Shown: positions 26,919 through 39,800 of the stretch, piece by piece | Numbering within the stretch: the stretch's first letter is position 1 | Layout: each line of letters begins with the position of its first letter | From: Azolla caroliniana | Lineage: Eukaryota; Plantae; Polypodiophyta | Direction: 5' to 3' | NCBI GenBank assembly: GCA_043228905.1 | Contig: JBHGNT010000013.1 | Coordinates: 1 to 64,000 of the forward strand | Length of the DNA stretch: 64,000 nt | Position numbers and translations under genes: made by a program | The notes under the pieces: model-generated | The model's database searches: none | What the model was told of the DNA's origin: nothing | Seen by the model: the letters and a program-made list of their open reading frames with translations, nothing else

Positions 26919-28040
26919 GCCACAAAAATCCTACTAACAAAAATTTTAGGTTATACTACCAAATTGCTCCTATTTTGGCTAGACTTACAAGTTTAATAGT
27001 TGCTTTAGTTGGCTAAGGAATTTAAACCTATTGGATGGTGCAAGGCTATTAAAGTTACTAGGATAGCCAAAATCATTTGGATAAACCACAATAATATACA
27101 CGTAAACTAGTTTCCCTAAAGTCGATACTTTTCAACTTTAGTCAATGTCCTCATCAATTTGCTAAATTAATCTCCACTGGAGTGGGGCGCCTTTAGTAAC
27201 TTTGTTAAGTGTTTGGGTGGGGCATGAAGGTGGGACTACTACCACAGATGCATAAGATTGCTTGATCTAAATTTCTTTACTTGATCTCTATTTTAAATAT
27301 TCATGGAGACTTCCCGAGGCTCAACCACATTGTCTACGAGGAGACTTTGTTTGCACACATAATTACAAAAATAAAATTCAATAATTGTGCCCAGATAGGT
27401 TGTTTCGGCTATTTAATTCCCACATCGGGACCCCAATTTTCACGTTGGTGTAATTGAAGGATATCTATATGTTTTTTCAAGGAATACCCAATCAAAAACA
27501 ACATTGAAGTATGTTGATATGGGTTGTTTGTCGCATAGAAAATACACATTATGATGTACTCGTTCACTCTTTATATGTTTAATATGGCAATATGAGGACC
27601 CTATATGGGTAGATAAATGAGATAAGCAGGATTGTATTTACCTATCCGTTACAATTAGCCGATCCAGTAGAAAATCATACATCTCAAAGAGACTTTATGA
27701 ATAAATATGTAGAGTATCACGAGTAAAAGGAAACACTTTCTTTGAAATGGTTGAATTTCAACTAGACGTTAGTTATATTTTTATGTTACAGATGTAAGAT
27801 TACGATCAGTGAATGAGCAAAAGAGCGGTTTGGTGGGGGTGGATGTCATGATGTGGTGTGGCCAAAGGTAAAAAAGTGGAAAAAGGGAGGGTTCACTCAC
27901 ATCACCTAACAACGCAGAGTGGTGGTTAGCCATCACACAACAGAAGGAATGTGAAGCTTACTCAGCACAACTTTCCGAAGGGCGGTGGTCTTCACAGTCC
28001 CCCTCGCCGCCGTCGTCGTTGTGCAGAGTCGTTAGGGTTA

Positions 28041-28135
28041 CAGTGGGTTTTAGAAGTGGGTTCAAGGAGTGCGTTCGAAGAGTGGGTTTGAGAAGTGGGT
28101 TCGAGGAGTGCTTTCAAAGAGTGGGTTCGAAGAGT
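28041..28135 (+). repeat. 14-bp tandem minisatellite upstream of L1 ORF1 (probable 5' UTR)
   Basis: About 7 degenerate copies of AGTGGGTTCGAAG(A/G), followed by longer variants with C runs to about 28240. Confidence 0.85.
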
Positions 28136-28431
28136 TGCCCCCCCCCCCTCCAACCCCACAGTTCAAAGAGTGGCCCCCTCCAAACCCAAAGTTCGAAGAG
28201 TGGGCCTCCCTCTCTCCAAACCCATACGCCCCCCCCCCCCCCAAATAAAAAAAATTAATTTTTTTTTAATAAAAAATAATAATAAAAAATAAAGTAAATT
28301 TTAAAAAAAATTAAAAACTCAAAATTTATAATTTTCTTTTTTTAAAAATTTAAAAAAAAGGAAGAAAAAAAGAAAACGAAACACGAGAAAAGGGAAGGGG
28401 GAAAAAACAAAAAACAGAACCATAGAGTGCA

Positions 28432-29650
28432 ATGGTGGGAGAAACTGAACTTCCAGCAGAACCCATTATGCTACATGAAGAAGGTGGAACAGATCTTGAC
28501 ATCACCCTGTCCCCAGAGGCCAATTGGCTCTTAGCGGAGGAAATCGAACGCCTACGTTGTACTTCCTTTGTATGTAGGTTCCTTGCAGGTAGACCAAGTT
28601 GTGGCATGGTTCGGGACATGCTCCAACTGGCTATGATGGAAAACATGCCTCCGGGTTTGGGGAAAAATTTCTTCCACATTGAATTGGGTGATGGCGCGAT
28701 GGTGCAACCATTGGTAGAGCTCAAGGTACTTGAATTGAAGTACGGTAAGGTGCTGCTCGAGCCGTGGTCACCAGGATTCAATCCAATTGAGGAGTTGCGG
28801 AAACTTAACAATCCTAGGGTGATCCCCGCAACATTTCCTGGCCTCCGCCCCACTTGTGCCATTTGCTCCCTTTTTTAGGAGAACAAATAGGGACGATTTG
28901 CCCTAAAAAAATGTCCATGGCAGATACAGTAGCGGAGGTGCCCAAGCTACGCATCTTATGCCTTCCCTCCATGGACTTCCAACAAGAATTAGGCTCTACT
29001 CTGAAGAGCTCGGTCTCACAATAGTGAATGTGGTTTATGAGGGACTCCCTGGGCAGTGTTTCATCTGCAAACATAAAGGGCACCTGGCTAAGGAATGTCC
29101 TTGCAAGATTGGAAAGGGAAGCTCGGGACCTCAAACCTCAGGGAAGGCCGCGCCACCCAAGGGCAGCGAGGTTCCTTGGCACCCCATTAAGAAGCAGGGG
29201 AATCTTCAAAGCCTAGGTGCATCCTCTCCCCCCCTCTCTCAAGACTGTCCTGTAGAAAGAAGTTATCCTACCTTGTCACCAACAAGTGTGGACGAACAAC
29301 CCTTGAAACAGGTGAAGAACCTCTCGGGGAGTGCGGAGGCGCACAACCTACAGGTGAGAGCGTCCAACAAATTTACATTTCTCCAAGGGCTAGGGGATGG
29401 CGACCTAGAAGCGTTGGCAGCAACGTTGTCACCATACGAATCCTTGTCCTCCAATGTTGTGTTCTCCACCCCGATGGAGATGCAACCACAACTGGTATCG
29501 TCCACCCCAGAGGAGATGTTGACAAAGGCCCCCCTCATGATGGAACGTGAATGTGGTGGTGACCTCAGATTAGTGAAGTCGTGGATCCGGACAAGTAAGA
29601 TCAAGGGCAAAATAGGCAAACCATCACTTGGCTTGGCGACATCTCTCTAG
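28432..29650 (+). pseudogene. L1 ORF1 (DUF4283/RRM-like plus CCHC zinc knuckle), frameshifted
   Basis: RFLAGRP, LGKNFF and EPWSPGFNP motifs; YEGLPGQCFICKHKGHLAKECP. Confidence 0.88.
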
Positions 29651-29852
29651 GATAGAGGGGTGCAGGATATGCAACCGCTTAGGAGCCAAACTGTATTGAA
29701 GGAACTATTTGAAGCGGGCCGGGAACGACTGGCTGGGAATCCCTTAGGGGCTCTCCAAATATTGTGGAGTTCCTACCCCCAGCAGTAGATGATAGTTTGC
29801 CCCTTGACATGGGGGTCGGCCCCGACATGGGCGTCAACCTCACCGCCTTCAG

Positions 29853-30018
29853 ATGAGGATCCTAACGTGGAATGTGCAGGGCCTTGTGGAGGTCGGCAAC
29901 AACATGAGTGCAAAAGACTTCGGGAGGAGTTGAATCCCCTTAATATAGACATATTGCTTTTGCAGGAACACCACCTCTCTCAAGAGAGAACTCGGAGCCT
30001 AGTAAACCCCACGTGGTG
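29853..30018 (+). pseudogene. L1 ORF2 endonuclease N-terminus, interrupted by element A
   Basis: MRILTWNVQGL and IDILLLQEHHL motifs; continues at 47114. Confidence 0.88.
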
Positions 30019-30437
30019 TGTTACCGGCCGGCAAGGAGTCCAAAATACGGAGTGAAGGAATTAATTAAGTATGGTTGTAAAAAAGCATAGTGTGGACGGA
30101 CGGACTGGAAACGGTATGCCGTTCCAGATCCGGACGGATCCCGAATAGGTGCGATAGGCACCGTTTTGTACTACGGGCCGGAAACCTATTTAAAGGCCCG
30201 GACCCCATTGTAATCGCAGCGGATAATTAATAGAGCATATGGTGTTTATACTTCTGTGTTGATTTCCGTTCTGTACTTACTGTTATATCTTACGCGTGTA
30301 ATTAACTAAAGCACTCTAATCGTGTAACCTACGTAAGTCGGTGTAATCGTTGAATCTTAATCCTATGCCGTAATCACCCTTTGGTGAAGTGTCTCCGTGA
30401 CACCTTGTGTTAGGCCTTGTCCGGTCAGAGAATAACA
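30019..30437 (+). repeat. 5' LTR of A
   Basis: TGTTA...TAACA; identical by eye to 46695-47113; CCTATTTAAA TATA-like motif near 30185. Confidence 0.97.
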
Positions 30438-30443
30438 CAGTTT

Positions 30444-30453
30444 TGGCGACCAC
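30444..30453 (+). promoter_or_regulatory. Primer binding site of A (probably tRNA-Arg)
   Basis: TGGCGACCAC 6 nt after the LTR; tRNA assignment is from memory of plant tRNA-Arg(UCG) 3' ends. Confidence 0.65.
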
Positions 30454-30488
30454 GATTCCTGCTTTCTCGCAGCGAACGACGGTAATGG

Positions 30489-33400
30489 ATGACTAGACCA
30501 ACGCACGACCTGGTTACAGACCGAGCTCGACGCCTCGCCGAACGGCAAAGACGGCGTGAGACTTTCCAGCAAGCAGCGCACGAAATTCGCTCGGATCGTT
30601 CGTTCTCCAACGAGATTCGGAGAGTCGCGGAGGAATCTCTTCGGTTACAGCAAACTCGCGACCAGGACGACGGAAGCAGTCTAAGTAGTCTCCGGGAAAC
30701 CGAACGCCTCCTCGAGGCGCTGGCAAGCGGAGAAAACGAGGCAGAAGCCTTTTCAGCCTACGAATCGGATTCCGAAGGGGGATACAGCGTGCACACGAAC
30801 TACCGGAGCAGCAACGATACCCCCGGAGGACGACGGGTCGGATACCGTGCCGACTCCAGAACCGGAACCGCTCAACCAGGGCTATCCGGAACCGCAAACG
30901 GAAGCCGTCAACCCACCAACACCGGAAGTGGAAGAAGCAAAGCCACCGACACCAACGAAAGAGCCGGCAAAGGTACCGGAAGAAGAGCCGGTGAAGGAAC
31001 CGGAAAAAGAACCGGAAAAGGAACCGGAAAAAGCACCGGCAAAAGAACCGGAAGTGGAACCGGAGAGAAAACCGGAAAGATATCAACAAACGCCACTAAA
31101 CCGCGGCCTAATACTGGACGACGACATGCCGTTCCAATACTCAAAGTATCGCGATGATCCGGACGCGGAAGCGCATGTTCATGACTTCGAGCAGACATGG
31201 GAAGCAAATCACACGTCCTAGCGAATGACACCGGAGGAAGAAGAACGCTCGAAGATAGCGGAATTCGGAGTCACGTTGGAGGGACCAGCGACACGATGGC
31301 GGCGGACGCAGGACCCGGCGACCATCACAACCTTTGCAGAATTAAAAGCAAAGTTCTTGCATTTTTTCCACAAGGAGGTCGACCAGACGACAATGGTGGG
31401 CCTGTTTTATACGATCCGACAGGAGGCAGGGGAAAGCATTCCCCAATTCGTCATCCGTTTCCAACGAATGCATAGCCAGCTTGCCCGTGCACCCCCGGAG
31501 GAGGAATTACGGACGATATTTTTAAACGCACTCCGGGAACCGTTACGCACGGTGTGTACGGTGATCGACTTTCGAGGATGCACCATTGACCAGGTCATTG
31601 ACCGGGTCAGAGAAATGGAAAAGTCAAGCTCATGGCTTACACTGGGAACACTGCAACGGGCGTTACCCACAGAGGAAGATCTCCGGTTCCGGCAGGCAAT
31701 TCAATGCACAATCTGCTTGAATGCCGGGCACTCGGCAGTGGAGTGCACCATGCGAACCCAGTGTGTGATTTGTCAATCCAAGAGTCATACAACGGACCGG
31801 TGCGAGTATAACCTGCTAAACCGACAAGCACCACCCGTTCGACGGATCGAGCCAAGAAGCAGCCGAGACGAAGATGACGATCGTTGGCAAAAAATGAACC
31901 GGTACCGACCGGCACAGGATGTCCGGTACGGAGACAGACAAGAGAATGATGGCCGGTACGGGAATCGGCATGATAACTACGACCGGTATGAGCGATCGGA
32001 CCGTTATCGGGAGTCCAACAGACGACACGAGCAATATGACAGAGACCATTCCCCTGGTTACCGAAGGCACCAGGAGGACTACGGCCAATTTTACGATCCA
32101 CCACAACCGGACTACCGAAATAAAAATAAGAATAATAAGAAACGTAATTTCAAGAAAGGTGGTCACACTAGGGACCCGGAACATGGAACCCCAAGGAGCC
32201 AACCGGCACAGAACGCACCACTCAATACGGGACCGACTCCGGATACCAGCAATGCTGAATCCAGCAATACCCGTAAAGAGTACTGCTATTACTGCAGGCA
32301 GGAAGGCCACTACAGTAACCAGTGCCCGGCAAAGAGCTACGATAAACGACCAGCAGTTAATATGGTGGTTCCGGAAGTAGCGGATGTACAGCAAGTAACC
32401 ACACGGTCGAAAGGCATGGCTAAAGAGTGGGAAACACAAGAGGCCATACAAAAACAGGCGACAGAATGGGTGAAGGAAGCCAATGAAAGGAACGTCGCGG
32501 ACGCGGAACGGCAAAAGGCGAATACCATAGGGAGTGCCGGCGGTAGTCACCCAGAAAACGAGACATGGCAAGCACTGCAAGAATGTCAGATCACGTTGCC
32601 ATTAGGAAGACTCTTGCAGCTCGTGCCGCGATTTACGGAAGGACTAAAAACGGTCATGACAGACGGTATAGCCCCACCGGCACCAGTCCTCTTCTCGAAT
32701 CCGGAGGAGGGACCGACGGTGGTGGACACTAGTAGTCCGGTGATTACAGCTATTGTCAAAGGGCACGAACTTCCCAGCACAGTAATCGATGGAGGTTCCG
32801 GGGTGAACGTAATAAGCCTCCGCACGTGTGATGCCTTGGGTATACATGAATGGGAGCCATGTCCGTTCTGGCTACGGATGGCGGATACGAGCTCTGTACG
32901 GCCGACGGGCTTAATACGGAAATTGGAAGTCACACATTTCACATCTCGGCTGTAGTGCTGCAGCTACAGGCACAAGGCGCCTACCCACTGTTGCTGGGCA
33001 GACCATGGTTGAAAACAACACACATCAAGCAAAATTGGCGGAAAAATATGATTACCTTCCGGCGCGGAAAAGCCAAGGTCCGGGTACCGACACAACCACG
33101 GACGAGCAACGGTAAGGAATGCACACCGCTGTATGCGGAATGCGTGAATATGCTTGAAGGGTTAGCAGACGACGAAGAAGCCCAGTACTTGGAGGACCAC
33201 CCGAAGATCGTACCACTCTTCGAGATTGACGTAGCTGAAGCCGTAGCGCCATACTTGCCGCAGCAGGACGAAACCGAAGCCGAACCAGACAAAGATTCGA
33301 TTCGGGAATTACGGCAAGCATAGGAAGCGTTGGAACGGGAAATGGCCGTTTCCCAACGGGTAAAAACATCCCAGCTCGACGAAGTGAACCTAGGAGGCAA

Positions 33401-36076
33401 GGACGAATCAAAGCCGGTACACATCGCCAAAGAAATGAAGCCGGAAAATAAAGCGGCGATGATCAAACTTCTCACGGAGTTTCGCGACGTATTCGCCTGG
33501 TCATACGAAGACATGCGAGGGCTGGACCCTCAATTATATCAGCATCAAATCCACTTAGGCAAGGACGCGAAACCAGTGGCGCAAAGACGTTACCGAATGA
33601 ACCCCAACTACGCCGCCAAAGTGAAGGAGGAAATCGACAAACTCCTAAGAGTGGGCTTCATCCGGCCGGTAAAGAAAGCGACGTGGCTGAGCCCCATCGT
33701 CGTCGTCCCAAAGAAGAACGGTAAAATCCGCGTGTGTGTAGATTACAGGAAACTAAATGCAGCCACAATAACGGATGCATTCCCTCTTCCGTTCACGGAT
33801 GGAGTACTGGATGCCGTCGCCGGCCATGAAGTTTATAGTTTTTTAGACGGGTTCAGCGGATACAATCAAATCCGGATGCACCCTGACGACCAGGAGAAGA
33901 CAGCGTTCGTCACCGAATGGGGGGGTGTTTATGGCCGAAGTAATGATGTTCGGCCTAAAAACGGCACCAGCAACTTTCCAGCGAATCATCATGGAGATCT
34001 TCGGCGAATACATTCCTGCCTTCATGCAGGTTTTCCTGGATGATTTTGCAGTCTATAGCCGGGGAAAAGACCATTTGCAGCACCTACGGTTATGCCTTGA
34101 AAAGTGTAGGTTATACCGGCTAAGCTTAAACCCAGCAAAATGCATCTTTGGGGTTTCAAGTGGAATCTTACTGGGACACATTGTAAGTAAGGAGGGCATT
34201 GCGGTCGACCCGGACAAAGTAAACGCGATACTAGGGGCACCGGCGCCGAAAACGGCCAAAGCACTAAGCCGATTCTTAGGACAGATCCGGTGGCACAGCC
34301 GGATGCTCCGTCACTTGGCTGACTTGGCTACACCATTACACACCGCGGTACATCGGACACCGTTCCAATGGACGGATACGGAGGATAAGGCATACAATGC
34401 CCTGAAGGTACTTTTGTCGCAAGCACCCGTCGTGCAGCCTCCGGATTGGAGCAAGGAATTTCATGTGTTCGTTGACGCTTCCGACATCGCTATCGGCAGC
34501 GCCTTAATGCAACTTACGGAGCCTAAATGGTACCGGCCGGTATATTACGCCAGCCGGAAGCTGTCCCAAGCGGAGAAGAACTATTCGACGACAGAACGGG
34601 AGGCTCTGGGCATGATCTACAGTGTAACAAAGTTTCGTCATTACCTATTGGGAAGGAAGTTCTCCTTTCATGTGGATCACTCGGCGCTCCTGTACTTAGT
34701 GTCCAAGGCGTCCCTGACCGGTAAGTTGGCCCGTTGGACCTTGCTGTTGCAGGAGTTCGAATTCGAGATCTTCCACCGGCCCGGTATCCAGCATGCCGTA
34801 GCAGACTACCTGAGCCGGTTAGAGACCGGAGAATCAGGCGACGGAGTATCGGATGAATTCCCGGACGCAGAGTTATTCCGTATCACCCCGGAAACGGCAG
34901 CGGACGACACGGTGGCATCAGAAGATAGGTGGCTGACAAACATGCACCAGTTCCTAAGCACGGGCCTGCCACCGGAGGAAATGAACCGGGACGAGAGGAA
35001 ACGACTGGCGGTGCAGAGCCGCAATTTCTGTCTGTTACGGGACACTCTCTACCACAAGGGAGCAGATGGAATATGGAGACGGGCAGTCCGTAGTGACGAG
35101 AAACAAGTAATCTTACGGGAAGCACATTGTGGGGTTGCCGGAGGACACTACGCCGGGGAAGCGACGGCAAGGAAAGTATGGCAGAGCGGCTTATGGTGGC
35201 CCACGACGTTAAAAGACGCCGTCAAGTATGCTAAGGAATGTGACCTATGCCAACGAATGGGCCAGCCTACGGAGCAAGCACAGATGCCACACCAACCGGT
35301 ACTTCCACTAGAGCCATTCCAGAAGTGGGGTTTGGATTTTGTAGGACCGTTCAAGCCACCGGCAATGAGAACGGGTAATCGTTATGTCATCGTGGCAACA
35401 GATTATTGCACTAAATGGGTGGAGGCGAAGGCCTTGAGAGACAACACCGCGTCATCCACAGCAAAATTCCTGTACGAAAACATTTGGTGCCGATATGGAT
35501 GTCTGATTGAATTAATCAGCGACCAAGGAGGGCACTTCCTCGGCCAGGTAGTTGAAAGCTTAACAACGTTCTATGCCGTGGTCCATAAACGGAGCACACC
35601 GTACTACCCACAAGCGAACGGGTTAGCAGAGTCCACCAACAAAACGCTGCAAAACATTCTCCGCAAAATCGTCAATGAAAACCGAACGGACTGGGATACA
35701 AAGCTCCATAGCGCGCTATGGGCGTACCGAACGGCATACAGAACAAGTATCCGGACAACACTGTTTCGGTTAGCGTTCGGCTTAGAGGCGGTCATGCCAG
35801 TGGAATTTCAGGTACCAAGCTTACGGATCCAACTACGGGAACGGCTGAATGAAAAGGAGTCGGAGGAAATGCGGCTAGCAGCACTATGCGAACTGGAGGA
35901 GCAACGGCTGGCCAGCATCCTACACATGGAACTGGAGCAACGACGACGGAAAGCGTTCGTTGACCGTCACCGGAAAGGTAATGAGAAGATGTTCGAAATC
36001 GGAAAGCCGGTGCTAGTATTCCAAACGAGGATGGGCAAGATGCCGAGTAAACTCCGGTTTAGATGGACAGGCCCGT
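30489..36076 (+). pseudogene. gag-pol of A (5' part), with stops and frameshifts
   Basis: Gag with CCHC knuckles (CTICLNAGHSAVEC, CYYCRQEGHYSNQC), protease IDGGSGVN, RT FLDDF, RNase H VDAS..EREAL..DH, integrase HHCC and core. TAG stops at 31219 and 33321; frameshifts near 30820, 32930 and 33920. Confidence 0.95.
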
Positions 36077-36852
36077 TGTCGTGCCTTTCGGCTCCGGATC
36101 GTTGCGTGAGTCGGGTGGGAACCACAGAGGTCTTGGACTAGGAGAAAGAAGTTCGTGAGATAGAGATTAATTATGAGTAAATAGCAAAGAGAAAGATAAG
36201 AAACTCGTGAATCACACGAGTACACTATATTAATTGGTACTTAGGGTGTTAAGAGAGAAGTAGATGTATAAATCGTGAATCCCACGAGTAATTTTTGTAT
36301 TAATTAATACTTAATCCAAATAAACAACAACCCTTTACATATTTCTCTCCTCCTTATATAAGGATAGAAGAGCTAAGCATGGCTTCATGCTTTTTTTTTT
36401 TTTTTTACAAAAAGTGTTCATGTCCACTAAATGTGCATGTGATGCTTTTTTTTTTTATTTCCTAAGTATAGGGCTCATGCACGCTAGATGTGCATGAGTT
36501 ATTTTTTAGTGTCTCGTGTTTTTTTTTTTCTTTTTCATATATTAAAAAAATACACGATTTACCTTTTAATAAAGGTATGCATAAATAAAGGTCCTATACA
36601 TATTAAATCTATATTTAAAACACTTAAGATAATTTAATGTAATGGTAAGGTTGGGGTGTGTCAACGTGGAGGTGCAGAGTTCGAATCACGCCCTGCGCAG
36701 TAGTGAGTATTTCCTTATTTTACATTTATGTCTCTTTATCGGCTCTTCCTTGCCGGTATGCCGTTTTCTTCCGGTTCTCACCGAGCACTCCATTCTCTAT
36801 CCGGAGGGACAAAAATATAATTTCCACATAGTGTGCAACCTACACTACGACA
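36077..36852 (-). repeat. 3' LTR of D
   Basis: TGTCGT...ACGACA termini; PPT GGAGGGGGCGAG on minus at 36853-36864. Confidence 0.95.
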
Positions 36853-39800
36853 CTCGCCCCCTCCAAACCCGCACATCCTCCGGTATGTGCCGAAGTTCTT
36901 GATTCTTCGTATCCGTCTTCATCCGAAGCTTCCTCCGATTCTCCCCTTATGTCGACTATGAGTTGTAATCCACTTTCTTCGCTTCCCGCATCATTGTGGT
37001 CTTCGTCCGATTGCTCCTCGTTGTCGGCCTCGACTTGGATCACATAAGGTTTGTCGTCGGTCCGCTTCTTGAAAATCTTCACCCGCTTCCCGGCTATAGG
37101 CACTCTTAGTATTGTTCCATCCAACTCGGACAGTCGGTACGTCCCGTTGTCGAAGACCTTCCGAACCTCGTACGGCCCGAACCACCTTTTCGCGAATTTC
37201 CGCATCGTTGTATGTTGATGGTCCAAGCTACTATCATAGACGATCACCCAATCTCCTTCTTCAATCCTCCTCGGTCGTAGTCGGTGCTTTGTGTCGAACC
37301 GTCTTTTGTTCCGGAACCGTGCTTCTTGTTGTCGGCGTGACGCTTCCGCTACATCTTTCGGTCTTCCCTCCAGTTGTCGTATCCGGACCGCTAGTAGTTC
37401 TTCCCGGCTCATCTCTTCCTTCCACGGTAGTATTGTCCAAGTCGCGATTGCGGTTTCCGTTGGCATTACCGGTGCTTGTCCGGTCATGAGTTCTGCCGGC
37501 ATGTAACCGGTCACGGAGCTATGCGTCGTCCGATCCGCCCATAGTGCATACGGAAGCATTTGTGGCCAATCCTTCACCCTTCCGTCGCATGCCTTCGCAA
37601 GTGCTTTCACGATCGGACTATGTCCTCGTTCGATCTTCCCGTTGGCCTCCGGATGGTAGGCCGTTGTCAACGTTAACCGAACTCCATGTTTGGCGAAGAA
37701 TCCCCTAGCTTTGTCCGAGTCGAGTTCTCCCCGGTCCGCAATCACTTGTCCTACGCAGCCGTACCTACAAAACACTTCTTCCAAAAGAAATTGGCACACC
37801 GCGGCACACGTTTTCCTCCGAAGCGCTCGACCTTCAACTTGGTTTGTGAGATCTTCTCGAGCTAACACCAAGTATTTCTTTTGTCCAATCCCGGTCGGCA
37901 TAGCTACAATGTCGACCATCCACTTGAAGTTGATTGTCGGTGAGAATGTCGGATGCAGCTCATCTCGGTGTCGGACCCCGGAGTAGACTTGACATTTCTC
38001 GCAGCTTTCTGTGAACTCCGCGACATCTTTATACATGTTCTTCCACCAATATCTTTGCTTGATTTTCACAAAAGTTGCCCATGTTCCTCGATGTCCAGCC
38101 CAATCGGATTCGTGGAACTCGGACATTATCCGGTTTCGTTGCTCTTTCGTCCCGAGTACTCGAAGTGGTATCCCATCCGGTCTTTTCGGCGTCCTCCATA
38201 TTAAAAAGTTTTCCAAGAAGAAATTTTGGACTTGCCTCTTCTTCCTTCGGATCTCGGCTCTCCTTTCTTTATCATTGGTTGAATCCTCGACCTCTTGTAG
38301 CATCTTCCCGATCATCAAGGTTTCCCCCTCGTATTCTTCTTCCCGGAATTCTCGGATCACGTTCACTCGGCATATGTGTTCTGACGTGAAGTAGTCTTCG
38401 GAAACTTCTTCATTATCTGATTCGGTTATGTCGTCTTCAAACCGCGCCCTCGATAACATGTCCGCTACCGCGTTGTCCTTCCCCGAGATGTGTCGAACCT
38501 CCGGATTAAGTGACTTGACATATGCAATCCACCTTAGCATAGCCACATCCGGTATCGTACAACACCGCATCATCCCGAGTATCGGAAGACAATCCGTCTC
38601 GATCACCACTTCAGCTCCGATCAAATAATCCCGATCCGATTTTATCGCCGACACAACTCCCCACAATTCTCTTTTGACTTGTGCATATCCGCGTTGCCTT
38701 TCGTTGAGGACCTTTGCTCCAAATCGGATCGGATACCGCGAACCATCCGAGTCGGCTTGATTGATGACCCACCCGATACCGGTTGGACTTGTATCAACCG
38801 TTACTATGATTGGCCGCTCGTAGCTTGGCTTCTTAAGTGATTCCGCCCTCCATAGTGTCTTCTTGAGCTTCCTCATGGCTTTAGTGTGTTCCGGTTTCCA
38901 CTCGAATTTCTTACCTTTCCGCAACAAGTGATAGAGCGGGTCCGCTATATGTGCATAGTGCGGAATCCATATGTGATAGAATGCACACGCACCCAGAAAC
39001 CTTCGGACTTCCGATGTTGACTCACATACTTCCTTCATAGCTTGAATCGCATCGATCTTTGTTGGTGACGGTCTTCGGCCGTAGGGTCCACATAGATGTC
39101 CGACCACCAATATTTCTTCTTGCCCGAATGCCGATTTCTCCCCGGAAAGTGTTAGGTGCACATCTTCTAGTTTTCGCAACACTTTCTCACAATCATGAAT
39201 ATGGTCGACCACGAACTTTCGGCATCCCCGATCATCCATAGTCTCATCTTTTTCTTCCACCGCGCATCCTTTCATCGGAATGTCATCTAGAAACGGCATC
39301 GTTATCTCCGGGATGCAATCTCGAAGCACCTTGTTCATCGCGTTCATCATATGTGCAACCGAGTTTGTCGCTCCTTGTGGTAGTGTGCACATTCGAACTA
39401 GTCCTATCGGTGTCCGCATGGTAGTGATGTCTCGGCTCTCCACGGGTAGTTGAAATTGGTCATACCCCGAGTATAGGTCCCCGATGGAGTATATCGCACG
39501 TCCGGCAAAAGCTTCCGCGAATTCGTCCACTATCGGACCGACTCCCGAGTTCCGGATCGTGACCTTGTTCACCGGTTGCAAGTCTTGGATGAATCGGAGT
39601 GACCCATTCTTCTTCGGAACCGTAAACCATCGATTTGAGTACGGAGCACTTGATGGCTCTAGAATCCCCATCGCCACCTTCTCCTTGAGCAAGTCGATGA
39701 CTTTCGGAATATGCGCCCGTGGCACCGGAATCGGCTTCAGGTTCCACGGTACATGATCAATCGTGAAAATCACCATCGGCTCCACTATCTTTGGATCAAT

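Noticed and set aside
26919-27990. Possible host gene or DNA transposon remnant
   Set aside because: No ORF, recognisable motif or terminal repeats found.
31219-33323. TAG codons in A as programmed readthrough
   Set aside because: Sister elements have sense codons (Gln, Trp/Arg) there; simple point mutation suffices.
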